From the NCBI GenBank assembly GCA_030607875.1, contig JAUWJD010000007.1, positions 36,756 to 100,755 on the forward strand: a stretch of DNA of 64,000 nucleotides, written 5' to 3'. This document shows positions 56,164 through 64,000 of this stretch, one piece after another. Every line of letters begins with the position of its first letter. Within the stretch, counting starts at the first letter, position 1. The stretch is from Chloroflexota bacterium. GTDB taxonomy: Bacteria; Chloroflexota; Anaerolineae; UBA2200. The notes under the pieces are model-generated. The model had not been told where the DNA came from, ran no database searches, and saw only the letters and a program-made list of their open reading frames with translations. Made by a program: the position numbers and the translations under genes.

Positions 56164-57270
56164 GTGCGCATAGAACTTATCGCCCGCATTATTGGGGCCA
56201 TCATCATTGCTTTCCTGAGTTGGCGCCTCGGCTTCTCTCTGAGCAATCAGGGTCAGCCAGCCTATCTATACGATATCGTCAAGCTGCTAGATGACACTGT
56301 GGTCATGTTTCTCCCGTATTTCCTTGCGGCGATTGGAGGGCTGTTGGGCGCCATCATCAGCCCGCACGTGACCACGCGGCCATTCTTCTGGTTAAGGGGC
56401 AAAATCGGCCAAGTACCGGCGCAAACGCTGGTGGCAGCCGCGGTCGGCCTGGTCATCGGTTTGATCATCTCCGCATTGCTCGCTCTGCCCCTGTCCGTTC
56501 TGCCCACGCCACTGGGAGACACCTTGCCCTTTGTCGCCACGGTGGTTTGCGGCTACCTAGGTGTCATGGCTATGGTGACCCGGGGAAAAGAAATCTTTAG
56601 CTTACTAGGGCTGCGGCTTTCGCGAGAAAAGCCAGGGCGCAAGGAAGAAGTAGTGCTCTTGGACACGAGCGTGATCATTGACGGCCGCATAGCAGACATC
56701 ATCCAGACGGGTTTCATCAGCGGCGCTATCCTGATCCCGCGCTTTGTGCTCAACGAACTGCAACACATTGCTGATTCTCAAGACACGTTGCGACGCAATC
56801 GCGGCCGGCGCGGCCTCGATATATTGAACAAGCTGCAGAAGGATTCACAAGTGCCGATCCGCATAACTGAAGCGGACGTCAAAGAAGCGCGCGAGGTGGA
56901 TGATAAACTGGTGCGTCTGGCCAAGACCCTACAGTGCCCCATCGTCACCAATGACTATAATCTCAACCGGGTAGCCGAACTGCAGGGCATCAAGGTGCTC
57001 AATATTAATGAATTAGCCAATGCAGTAAAGGCCATCGTACTGCCCGGCGAGAGCATGATGGTACACATCATCCAAGAGGGCAAGGAACTTGGGCAAGGTG
57101 GCGGCTATCTGGACGACGGGACGATGATCGTAATAGAAGAAGGCCGCCGCCATATAGACGAGACCGTTGAGGTGACCGTCACACGCGTCCTGCAAACTGT
57201 AGCCGGTCGCATGATTTTCGCTCAACTGGCAGGCCGAAGGGGGCACTCACGATCAAGTGGTGGCAGGTAA
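56164..57270 (+). CDS. PIN/TRAM domain membrane protein (YacL-like)
   Basis: N-terminal TM helices, PIN LLDTSVIIDGRIADI...PRFVLNELQHIADS, and a C-terminal TRAM (VEVTVTRVLQTVAGRMIFA). The GTG at 56164 has AGGAGG 7 nt upstream. The ORF also opens at 56146. Confidence 0.85.
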   Translation: MRIELIARIIGAIIIAFLSWRLGFSLSNQGQPAYLYDIVKLLDDTVVMFLPYFLAAIGGLLGAIISPHVTTRPFFWLRGKIGQVPAQTLVAAAVGLVIGLIISALLALPLSVLPTPLGDTLPFVATVVCGYLGVMAMVTRGKEIFSLLGLRLSREKPGRKEEVVLLDTSVIIDGRIADIIQTGFISGAILIPRFVLNELQHIADSQDTLRRNRGRRGLDILNKLQKDSQVPIRITEADVKEAREVDDKLVRLAKTLQCPIVTNDYNLNRVAELQGIKVLNINELANAVKAIVLPGESMMVHIIQEGKELGQGGGYLDDGTMIVIEEGRRHIDETVEVTVTRVLQTVAGRMIFAQLAGRRGHSRSSGGR

Positions 57271-57276
57271 ACTCGG

Positions 57277-57999
57277 ATGGCTATCATAACACTTTCCAGG
57301 CAATTGGGTGCTGGGGGAGCTGTAATAGCGGCTGGAGTAGCCAAAGTGTTGGGCCTGAGGGTCGTTGATCGCGAGGCGATTGAACGCGCCGCGCTGGAAG
57401 CCGGAGTGCCCGAGGTAGCACTGCATGAACTTGGCTACGAAGGTCGCCGTGGCCTGGTGCAACGGATTCTGGATGCATTAAGAACCTCGCCAGCGATTCC
57501 CAGCGTTGTTGAGATGCAGCGGCGGGACTCACTTACACCATTGACCATGTCTAGAGGTGTTTTTACTCCAGCCCGGCCCCTCTTGAGTGCAGCAATGGAA
57601 GACTATGTGCGCATGGTTGGCATGGTCATCAAGGATATGGCCGAGGAGGGCAATGTCTTGATCATCGGCCGGGCCAGCCAGGTACTGCTGAGGGATGCTC
57701 CAGAAGCCCTCCACGTTCAGATTGTCGCTCCGCTGCCACGCCGGGTGGAAAAGCGGATGCGGCTTGAGGGCCTGACCCAGCGAGAGGCCACACAACGCAT
57801 CCTGGCCAGCGATCAGGCTCGGGCAGACTACTTGCGCCGCTACTACCGTGTCAACTGGCTCGACACGCAATTGTATGACCTGGTGATCAATACAGGGCGC
57901 ATATCCATCCAGACTGCTGTTCAACTGGTGATACTGGCACAAGTGCAGCGCGTGATCCCGGGAGTGGAAACGTACACCCCCCGGGCCAGCGCACAGTAG
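57277..57999 (+). CDS. Cytidylate-kinase-like family protein
   Basis: MAIITLSRQLGAGGAVIAAGVAKVLGLRVVDRE... and YDLVINT are typical of the CMP-kinase-like (AAA_28-type) family. Confidence 0.7.
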   Translation: MAIITLSRQLGAGGAVIAAGVAKVLGLRVVDREAIERAALEAGVPEVALHELGYEGRRGLVQRILDALRTSPAIPSVVEMQRRDSLTPLTMSRGVFTPARPLLSAAMEDYVRMVGMVIKDMAEEGNVLIIGRASQVLLRDAPEALHVQIVAPLPRRVEKRMRLEGLTQREATQRILASDQARADYLRRYYRVNWLDTQLYDLVINTGRISIQTAVQLVILAQVQRVIPGVETYTPRASAQ

Positions 58000-58185
58000 C
58001 CCCGCTGCAGAGAGCGGTACCCGGCATTCTCCCCGACACAGTAGGTTTGCCATGAAAAACAGCACTGAAACGCCAGCCAAGTTCAACTTCTGCACAGCGC
58101 TGGCCTATGCAACACTCTTTGCGAACAGTACTTCCTGCATCTGTCCGAGGGGGCACTGCAAGCGGTAGTGCCCCGCGCAGCAATT

Positions 58186-58415
58186 CACAGAGTACTGCGT
58201 CAACAGCTCGTGCTCTGCATGTGCCCTGGCTGTGCATGTGCTCTGCATGCCCCGTGGGCACCTGCGGGCGACGGGCGACCGCCTAAGGTCTTGGCGAAGA
58301 CAAGGCCGGCGGCGACAGTTCGTCGCGCACCGACGGGATCGCTAAGCTTACGCAGCCGTCTTCATGCGGCAACCCGACCAAAGAGGTTCAGCCACCTTCG
58401 GTGCACGAAGCAGTG
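58186..58415 (-). repeat. Intergenic repeat family, copy G (long form)
   Basis: CACAGAGTACTGCGTCAACAGCTCGTGCTCTGCATG...GGGCGACGGGCGACCGCCTAAGGTCTTGGCGAAGACAAGGCC...GCTAAGC...GTGCACGAAGCAGTG. It ends 31 nt before the cysS ATG. Confidence 0.85.
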
Positions 58416-58446
58416 TCTGCGACGACTCGGAAAGGAGATCAGGAAC

Positions 58447-59850
58447 ATGGGTTTGCGAGTCTACAACACGCTTACACGCGAGAAGGAAGAGTTCATTCCC
58501 CTTCAACCTGGCAAAGTCAAGATGTACGTGTGCGGGCCGAATCTGTATGGCCCCGCTCACGTTGGCCATGCCATGTCCTACGTTGTCTTTGATACCATCA
58601 AGCGCTATCTGCAGTACTGTGGCTACCGTGTGAAGCACGTGCAGAACTTTACTGACATTGAGGACCGCATCATCGAGACAGCACGTTCGATGGGCATCAC
58701 TGTGAATGAATTGGCCGAGCGGTACATCGCGCGCTTCTACGCGGAGATGGATGCCCTGAACATCCAACGCGCCGACCACCATCCGCGGGCTACCGAGGTC
58801 ATTCCTGACATGATCGCGATGATCGAGGGTCTGATCGAGAAAGGCTATGCCTACGAAGTGGATGGGGACGTGTACTTCCGCGTGACCCGTTTCCCGGACT
58901 ATGGGAAGCTTTCCAAACGTTCTCTGGACCAGATGGAGGCTGGGGCGCGAATCGAAGTGGATCGGCGCAAGGAACACCCCATGGATTTCGCCTTGTGGAA
59001 GGCGGCCAAAGAGGGCGAACCCTCCTGGGATAGTCCCTGGGGCAAGGGAAGGCCAGGCTGGCACATTGAGTGCTCGGCCATGTCCATGCGCTTCCTGGGC
59101 GAGCAGCTCGACATCCATGGCGGCGGCCCGGACGTCATCTTCCCCCATCACGAAAACGAAATCGCACAGTCAGAGGCCTTTACGGCCAAAGCCCCGTTCG
59201 TCAAGTACTGGCTGCATAACGGCCCCTTGCGCCTGCGCGAAGATGAGGAGAAGATGACCCGCCACTTGGGCAATTTCGTCAGTGTCGAAGAGGCCCTGCA
59301 ACAGCACAGCGCCGATGCGATACGCCTGTTCCTCCTGTCTTCGCACTACCGCAGCCCGCTGACCTGGAAGGAGGAGAGTGTGCACGCAGCGGAGCAGGGG
59401 ACGGAGAGGCTCCGCGCCGCATTGAAGGACTATGCCGGAAGCCCAGAGACGAGCCCTGGTGATGCGCTTGGCGAGCAGGCGGAGACCACACGCCGTGAGT
59501 TTATCACCTTCATGGACGATGACTTTAATACGCCACGAGCTGTTGCGCAGATCTTTGACCTGGCGCGCATCATCAACCAGGCCCGCGACAGCGGCGTGCC
59601 TGCTGAATCGCTGGCCTATGCCCAAGGCATCCTGCAGGATCTGACCGGAGTGCTGGGATTGACGATGAAGGGACTGGCCGGGCCAACAGAAGCAGAGCCC
59701 TTTATCTCTCTGTTGGCTGAGGTGCGGAATGAGCTGCGCCAGGCCAAGCAGTGGGCTCTGGCGGACAAAATCCGGGACGGCCTGGCCGACCTGGGGGTGA
59801 TCCTGGAAGACGGACCGGAAAGGACTACCTGGAAATACACCGGCCAGTAG
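58447..59850 (+). CDS. cysS: Cysteine--tRNA ligase
   Basis: The start [16 protein letters not shown] has GGAAAGGAG upstream. HVGHA (HIGH), the Zn-ligand context WHIECS, and KMTRHLGN (KMSKS-like). Confidence 0.97.
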   Translation: MGLRVYNTLTREKEEFIPLQPGKVKMYVCGPNLYGPAHVGHAMSYVVFDTIKRYLQYCGYRVKHVQNFTDIEDRIIETARSMGITVNELAERYIARFYAEMDALNIQRADHHPRATEVIPDMIAMIEGLIEKGYAYEVDGDVYFRVTRFPDYGKLSKRSLDQMEAGARIEVDRRKEHPMDFALWKAAKEGEPSWDSPWGKGRPGWHIECSAMSMRFLGEQLDIHGGGPDVIFPHHENEIAQSEAFTAKAPFVKYWLHNGPLRLREDEEKMTRHLGNFVSVEEALQQHSADAIRLFLLSSHYRSPLTWKEESVHAAEQGTERLRAALKDYAGSPETSPGDALGEQAETTRREFITFMDDDFNTPRAVAQIFDLARIINQARDSGVPAESLAYAQGILQDLTGVLGLTMKGLAGPTEAEPFISLLAEVRNELRQAKQWALADKIRDGLADLGVILEDGPERTTWKYTGQ

Positions 59851-59861
59851 TACGGTGGACT

Positions 59862-59894
59862 AGAAACCCGGTGTCTGACAGACACCGGGTTTCT
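59862..59894 (+). terminator. Terminator hairpin after cysS
   Basis: AGAAACCCGGTGTC TGACA GACACCGGGTTTCT is a perfect 14-bp stem whose ends supply the A and U tracts. Confidence 0.75.
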
Positions 59895-59935
59895 GCTGGA
59901 ATTGGCCGCTAGCACGTGTTGGAGCAATAACAGCC

Positions 59936-60697
59936 ATGTTGGAAGTGATCTACGGGCGCAATGCTGTGTATGAGACTCTCCGGGCCGGGCGTCGGCACTG
60001 CGAGAAGGTGCTTGTCGCCCAGGGCATCCGCGAGAGGGGTACCGCAGCGAGCATTCTGGCTCTGGCAGAAGAGCGTGGCATAGCGATAAAGCGTGTCGCT
60101 CGCCAGCAGTTGGACCAACTCGGTGCGGTGAACCATCAGGGCGTGGCCGCCCAAATCGAGCCTTATCGCTACGCGGAACTGGACGCCATGTTCAAGCTGG
60201 CGCACGAGCGCAAGGAGATGCCTTTTCTCCTGCTCCTCGATTGCCTGCAGGATCCGCAGAACCTGGGCACCTTGCTGCGCACGGCGGAGGCAGTGGGCGT
60301 TCACGGTGTGGTCATCCCGCGTCGTCGGGCGGCGCAGGTCACTCCTGCTGTCAGCAATGCTTCTGCCGGAGCTGTGGAGCATCTGTTGATCGCCCAGGTG
60401 ACGAACCTGGTGCGCACCATGGGCGATCTGAAGGAGCAGGGGGTCTGGATCGTTGGCCTGGAACACACGCCGCAGGCACAAGAGTACCGTCAAACCGACC
60501 TCAACATGCCCCTGGCCCTGATCGTAGGCAGCGAGGGTGGGGGATTGCGCCGTCTGGTGCGCGAGCGCTGCGACCTGTTGATCCAACTGCCCATGCGCGG
60601 AAAGGTCAACTCGCTGAACGCCTCGGTGGCTGGGTCTATCGCGCTATATGAAGCGTGGCAGCAGCGCCAGAATAAGGGAGAAGGAAGAACCCTGTAG
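59936..60697 (+). CDS. rlmB: 23S rRNA (guanosine-2'-O-)-methyltransferase RlmB (SpoU/TrmH family)
   Basis: [12 protein letters not shown]...HQGVAA...[28 protein letters not shown]...[11 protein letters not shown]...[15 protein letters not shown]. Confidence 0.9.
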   Translation: MLEVIYGRNAVYETLRAGRRHCEKVLVAQGIRERGTAASILALAEERGIAIKRVARQQLDQLGAVNHQGVAAQIEPYRYAELDAMFKLAHERKEMPFLLLLDCLQDPQNLGTLLRTAEAVGVHGVVIPRRRAAQVTPAVSNASAGAVEHLLIAQVTNLVRTMGDLKEQGVWIVGLEHTPQAQEYRQTDLNMPLALIVGSEGGGLRRLVRERCDLLIQLPMRGKVNSLNASVAGSIALYEAWQQRQNKGEGRTL

Positions 60698-60810
60698 AAC
60701 TCTGCGTTCTCAGCGGACTCGGCGGTTAGGTTCTCTACTTTGGGAAAGCCCTGCACAGCGCCTACGGAACTTGGACTCGGTTCCATCTTGTGTTGGTAGC
60801 AGTGCAAGGA

Positions 60811-62106
60811 GTGTTGGTGTGAGAGAGGTGTGTTCTGCAGAGCTGCTTGCTTGTGCCAGGGGGTGCCGAGGCAGCCTGAGCAGGCTTGTGTACATTCAGA
60901 CGCACAAGGCATCCAAGTAACTGATTTCTCCTGGTGGGACTCCGGCCATGGTCAGGGGGCTCTGGCCTGGTCGGCGGTAGTGACGTTTGCGTTCAGACCT
61001 CCATTGAGCGGGTTCAAAGTTGTGATAGATGGCCCACAGCAAGGATGCACGCTCCAGCCGCTCTTGAGAAGCGTGATTCCGTCCACGGCTCAGTCGCAGA
61101 CGGTAATCTCGCCAACACCATTCCGGTGCCACTCGTACCAAGCGGCGGTTGTGGGGCAACAAATGGATCAGCGCCGCGTTCATTTGCTCACCAACGGTGC
61201 GCCATAGGTCCTGTCCAAAGGGATTGGCTCGCCAGGCCACGCCACAGGTGCCACACGCATCGCTGATGGTTGACCCAGTGCAACTGGTAGCGCAGGTAGG
61301 CCATCAAGCCATGACAGCCATCGCTGGTCACCCCTCGCATGGCCTGCAGTGGCAGCCCCGCTTGTCTGGCCCGCTCGAACAACTGTGCCCACGGCTCCTC
61401 ACTCTCTTCTCCTGCTGCTACCACTGGGGGCCAGATCACTCCACTCACACTGTCCACTACCAGCAACACCACCCGTTTGGCCCCCCCACGCAGTCGAGCC
61501 CACATTCCGTCGGTACCCAGTTGCCGGGAGATGGGAACAGCCTCCAGTTGCCCCGCTACACTTTGCTGTGCCTTTCGTCCTGCTTTGTCCAACCAACGAT
61601 GCACCGTGCTGGCGCTCAGATGGCACACAACCCGCCGCTCTAACTCTTCCCATGACCGCCACATTTGCCAGCGCTCCCGATGCCCCATGCACGAGCGTAG
61701 CCATTCCGCTGTCCGACGCAATGAGCTGCCTACGTGCTGCCAGTGGTCGATGGCCTGACGATGCACTCCCCGGGCATACCAACTGCCCCGCACCAGAAAG
61801 CGACATTGCTCCGAGTACGTACGCTTGCAGTTGTAACAATAGTGCCTTTGCACCCGTATCTCTCGCTGTCCCTCCAAAAACCACACCCGCCGCTGATAGA
61901 AGCCATACTTGCACGTCTGCCGGTGACCACACTGTGGGCAGCGTTGCCAATCCCACGCTGTCCGCTCCCCAAGTTCGCGCAGCCATTGGACAAATCGCTT
62001 GCCTTGCTCTATGATGTTCATGGGCTGTTCTATCTCCTTGTTCTCTCCAACGGCAAGATGATAGCACAGCCCTCTCTCTTCCCCTAGCTGCAAACATCAC
62101 CAACAC
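60811..62106 (-). mobile_element. IS-like element (approximate ends) carrying a split DDE transposase
   Basis: Imperfect inverted termini: GTGTTGGTG...GGTGTGTTCTGCAG at 60811-60840, and CTGCAAACATCACCAACAC at 62088-62106. The element's boundaries are tentative. Confidence 0.45.
60896..62093 (-). pseudogene. Transposase in two overlapping frames (N-terminal Zn-finger + DDE core, IS256/Mutator-like motif order)
   Basis: ORF 61188..62093 reads CPQCGH...YCYNCKRTY, LGTDGMW, VVLLVVDSVSG, ESEEPWAQLF, GVTSDGCHGL, HQRCVWHLWRGL. ORF 60896..61240 continues (FGQDLWR...LLWAIYHNFEPAQW...GQSPLTMAG) in a frame offset by +1/-2. Confidence 0.6.
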
Positions 62107-62127
62107 ACTTTGAAACCGACACCGCAA

Positions 62128-62155
62128 TTGACAAAACAGCAGAGTTGGCTATAAT
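62128..62155 (+). promoter_or_regulatory. Promoter upstream of the ABC ATPase gene
   Basis: TTGACA, 16 nt, TATAAT. It abuts the right end of the IS-like element. Confidence 0.5.
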
Positions 62156-62345
62156 CTGACCAACCTCGCCCTGCTATTCTGGCTTGGGCGGGCCTTCCGT
62201 TCGGCCGTGGGGTCCAAACAGAGGAATTGATTTCTGATTGTGCCCCCTATGTACAGTGGAAAGGAGGTGCCCCAGGAACAGGCTATCTCAGCAGTAGGCT
62301 CTTTTGCGACGGGCAAGGAAGCGGTTTCGGCCTTGTGCCCATCCC

Positions 62346-62438
62346 TCACTGCTTTGCGCATCAATAACTAAACCCCTTTGGCTCGATTATCACATCAAAT
62401 CGACTGCCTGAGTTTGGCAATTGGCGCAGTGCCCTGCC
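62346..62438 (+). repeat. Intergenic repeat family, copy H (short form) inside the 5' leader of the ABC ATPase gene
   Basis: CTCACTGCTTTGCGCAT...TTGGCTCGATTATCACATCAAATCGACTGCCTGAGTTTGGCA..TTGGCGCAGTGCCCTGCC. Confidence 0.8.
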
Positions 62439-62516
62439 GGATGACCGAAAATTTCTGTTCCTTGCGTGTCGTAACAACCCCCACTTTTTTTACCCGAAAA
62501 CTACAAGGAGATTGTA

Positions 62517-63617
62517 ATGGCAGGTGTGATTTATGACCACGTAACCAAGCGCTTTGGCGAAGTGGTTGCGGTCAATGACATGAATCTGGACGTACCAGAC
62601 AAAGAATTCCTGGTGCTGGTAGGCCCATCTGGCTGTGGTAAGACCACGGCCCTGCGCCTTCTGGCGGGCCTCGAGGAGATCACCAGCGGTGAGATCAAAA
62701 TCAGCGACCGAGTCGTCAACGATGTGGCGCCCAAAGATCGAGACATCGCCATGGTCTTCCAGAGCTATGCTCTGTATCCACACATGAGCGTGTACGACAA
62801 CATGGCCTTTGGCCTGAAGCTGCGCAAGACGCCCAAGCCTGAGATCGACCAACGCGTTAAGGACGCGGCTGAAATCCTGGGCATTGAGATGTTGTTGGAT
62901 CGCAAGCCCAGGCAACTGTCAGGGGGCCAGCGCCAGCGCGTGGCCCTGGGGCGTGCTATCGTGCGCAATCCGCAGGTCTTTTTGATGGACGAGCCCCTGT
63001 CCAACCTGGATGCCAAGCTGCGTGTACAGACCCGCGCCGAGATTTCCAAGCTTCACCAGAGCCTCCAGACCACGTTTATCTACGTGACCCATGACCAGAC
63101 CGAAGCCATGACCATGGGAACGCGCATCGCGGTGATGAAAGACGGCATACTGAAGCAGGTGGACACGCCGCAAAAGCTGTACGACCACCCGGACAACATG
63201 TTCGTGGCCGGATTCATCGGCAGCCCAGCGATGAACTTTTTCGAGACCAAGCTCTCTGGCACCGCCGAGGAAATGTACGTCGAGGGGCCAGGCTTCAAGC
63301 TGCGGGTGCCGCCCGACAAGACCAAGGCTCTGAAAGGCCATCTGGGCAAAGAGGTGGTCTTTGGTATTCGCCCAGAGGACATCCACGACCGTGATTTTGC
63401 ACCTCCCGGCATCACAGCGGAGCCGGTAACTACGATGGTGGACGTGACCGAGCTCATGGGCAGCGAGGTCTATGTGTATCTGCTTTCAGATTCCAAGTCC
63501 TTCATCGGCCGCTTTGCCCCGCGCACCTCGGCTCGAGTGGGCAAGCAGATCGATGCGGGCTTTGATATGGGCAACGTTCACTTCTTCGACCGAAGCAGCG
63601 AGAAGACTATCCGCTAG
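62517..63617 (+). CDS. ABC transporter ATP-binding protein, sugar-import type (MalK/UgpC/MsmX family)
   Basis: GPSGCGKTT (Walker A), LSGGQRQRVALGRA (signature), FLMDEPLSNLD (Walker B), and a C-terminal TOBE-like domain. Confidence 0.93.
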   Translation: MAGVIYDHVTKRFGEVVAVNDMNLDVPDKEFLVLVGPSGCGKTTALRLLAGLEEITSGEIKISDRVVNDVAPKDRDIAMVFQSYALYPHMSVYDNMAFGLKLRKTPKPEIDQRVKDAAEILGIEMLLDRKPRQLSGGQRQRVALGRAIVRNPQVFLMDEPLSNLDAKLRVQTRAEISKLHQSLQTTFIYVTHDQTEAMTMGTRIAVMKDGILKQVDTPQKLYDHPDNMFVAGFIGSPAMNFFETKLSGTAEEMYVEGPGFKLRVPPDKTKALKGHLGKEVVFGIRPEDIHDRDFAPPGITAEPVTTMVDVTELMGSEVYVYLLSDSKSFIGRFAPRTSARVGKQIDAGFDMGNVHFFDRSSEKTIR

Positions 63618-63633
63618 GAAGCCTGAAGCAAAA

Positions 63634-63672
63634 GGGGGGATGGGTTGCCGCCTATCCCCTCTTTTGTTTGCC
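63634..63672. terminator. Hairpin between convergent genes
   Basis: AAAAGGGGGGATGGG TTGCCGC CTATCCCCTCTTTTG is an imperfect stem flanked by A and T runs. Confidence 0.5.
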
Positions 63673-63674
63673 GT

Positions 63675-64000
63675 TCATAGCCGGATCTTTTTCCAGGCTC
63701 CCCTGCGGAACAAGAAGTAAATCAAGGCGGCTCTGGCGGTCCAATCTACAGCCGTCCCCAGCCACACCCCGTTCAGCCCCCAGCCAAACACAATGGCGAA
63801 CAGGTAGACCAGAGGCACGCGGAACAGGAAGGTGCCCGCCAGTGTTGCGTACATCGGTGTCCTCATGTCCCCAGCACCGCGCAGGCTTCCTGCAATGACC
63901 ATCAATACAGCAATCGGCAACTGTTCCAGCGCTCCAATGCGCACAGCATTGCCTGCCAGCGCCAGCACTTCCGGTGTGCTGCCAAACAGGGAGGCGAGGG
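63675..64000 (-). CDS. MATE-family efflux transporter, C-terminal part (gene continues past the right edge)
   Basis: ...GSLRGAGDMRTPMYATLAGTFLFRVPLVYLFAIVFGWGLNGVWLGTAVDWTARAALIYFLF is the typical MATE C-terminal TM11-12 region. Confidence 0.8.
   Translation of the reverse strand, partial: LASLFGSTPEVLALAGNAVRIGALEQLPIAVLMVIAGSLRGAGDMRTPMYATLAGTFLFRVPLVYLFAIVFGWGLNGVWLGTAVDWTARAALIYFLFRRGAWKKIRL

Noticed and set aside
58168-58446. N-terminal extensions of ORFs in the six-frame track: cysS from 58168, the DUF362 gene from 48708, the SGNH hydrolase from 11244, the TopIB gene from 26158, and the DUF5107-like gene from 54320
   Set aside because: The extensions translate repeat elements or promoter regions. 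Internal starts with Shine-Dalgarno sequences and family-typical N-termini are available.
62249-62371. 40-codon ATG ORF in the leader of the ABC ATPase gene, ending inside repeat copy H
   Set aside because: It has no convincing RBS (AGGAGG lies inside the ORF, not upstream) and no recognisable motif. It is too short to judge from sequence alone.

Overview
This is a high-GC bacterial chromosomal segment. Gene content, PT-rich linkers and T-box leaders suggest a Chloroflexota-like organism, but that is inference only. I support about 45 protein genes and found no rRNA, tRNA or CRISPR array. Most of the window is housekeeping: pyrG, typA, map, pheST, mutS2, valS, eno, cysS, rlmB, comEC, iorAB, an ADP-forming acetyl-CoA synthetase, and a peptide-type ABC importer. 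Several accessory or unusual items are interleaved. (1) A lone TM/NB-ARC/TPR STAND (NLR-like) gene sits between an intact map gene and a decayed copy of the map 3' end. (2) A long, eukaryote-type topoisomerase IB lies back-to-back with one of three MNT/HEPN modules. (3) A DHDPS-like aldolase is fused to a formaldehyde-activating-enzyme (Fae)-like domain inside an aldolase-rich cluster. (4) A modular MITE/REP-like intergenic repeat family is dense here, with 8 full copies plus fragments. (5) A consensus promoter and an intrinsic terminator bracket about 220 nt with no ORF, a candidate sRNA. (6) Two blocks of CCCAYYA heptamer repeats form G-quadruplex-type tracts on the opposite strand, directly behind another consensus promoter. 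(7) Two T-box leaders (pheS, valS), an IS remnant with a split transposase, a comEC fragment duplication, and a LysM-fused ABC solute-binding protein are also present. Near-consensus sigma-70-type promoters (TTGACA, 16-17 nt, TATAAT) are readable by eye upstream of many genes. All family assignments come from motif reading and memory of the families. No database search was run.
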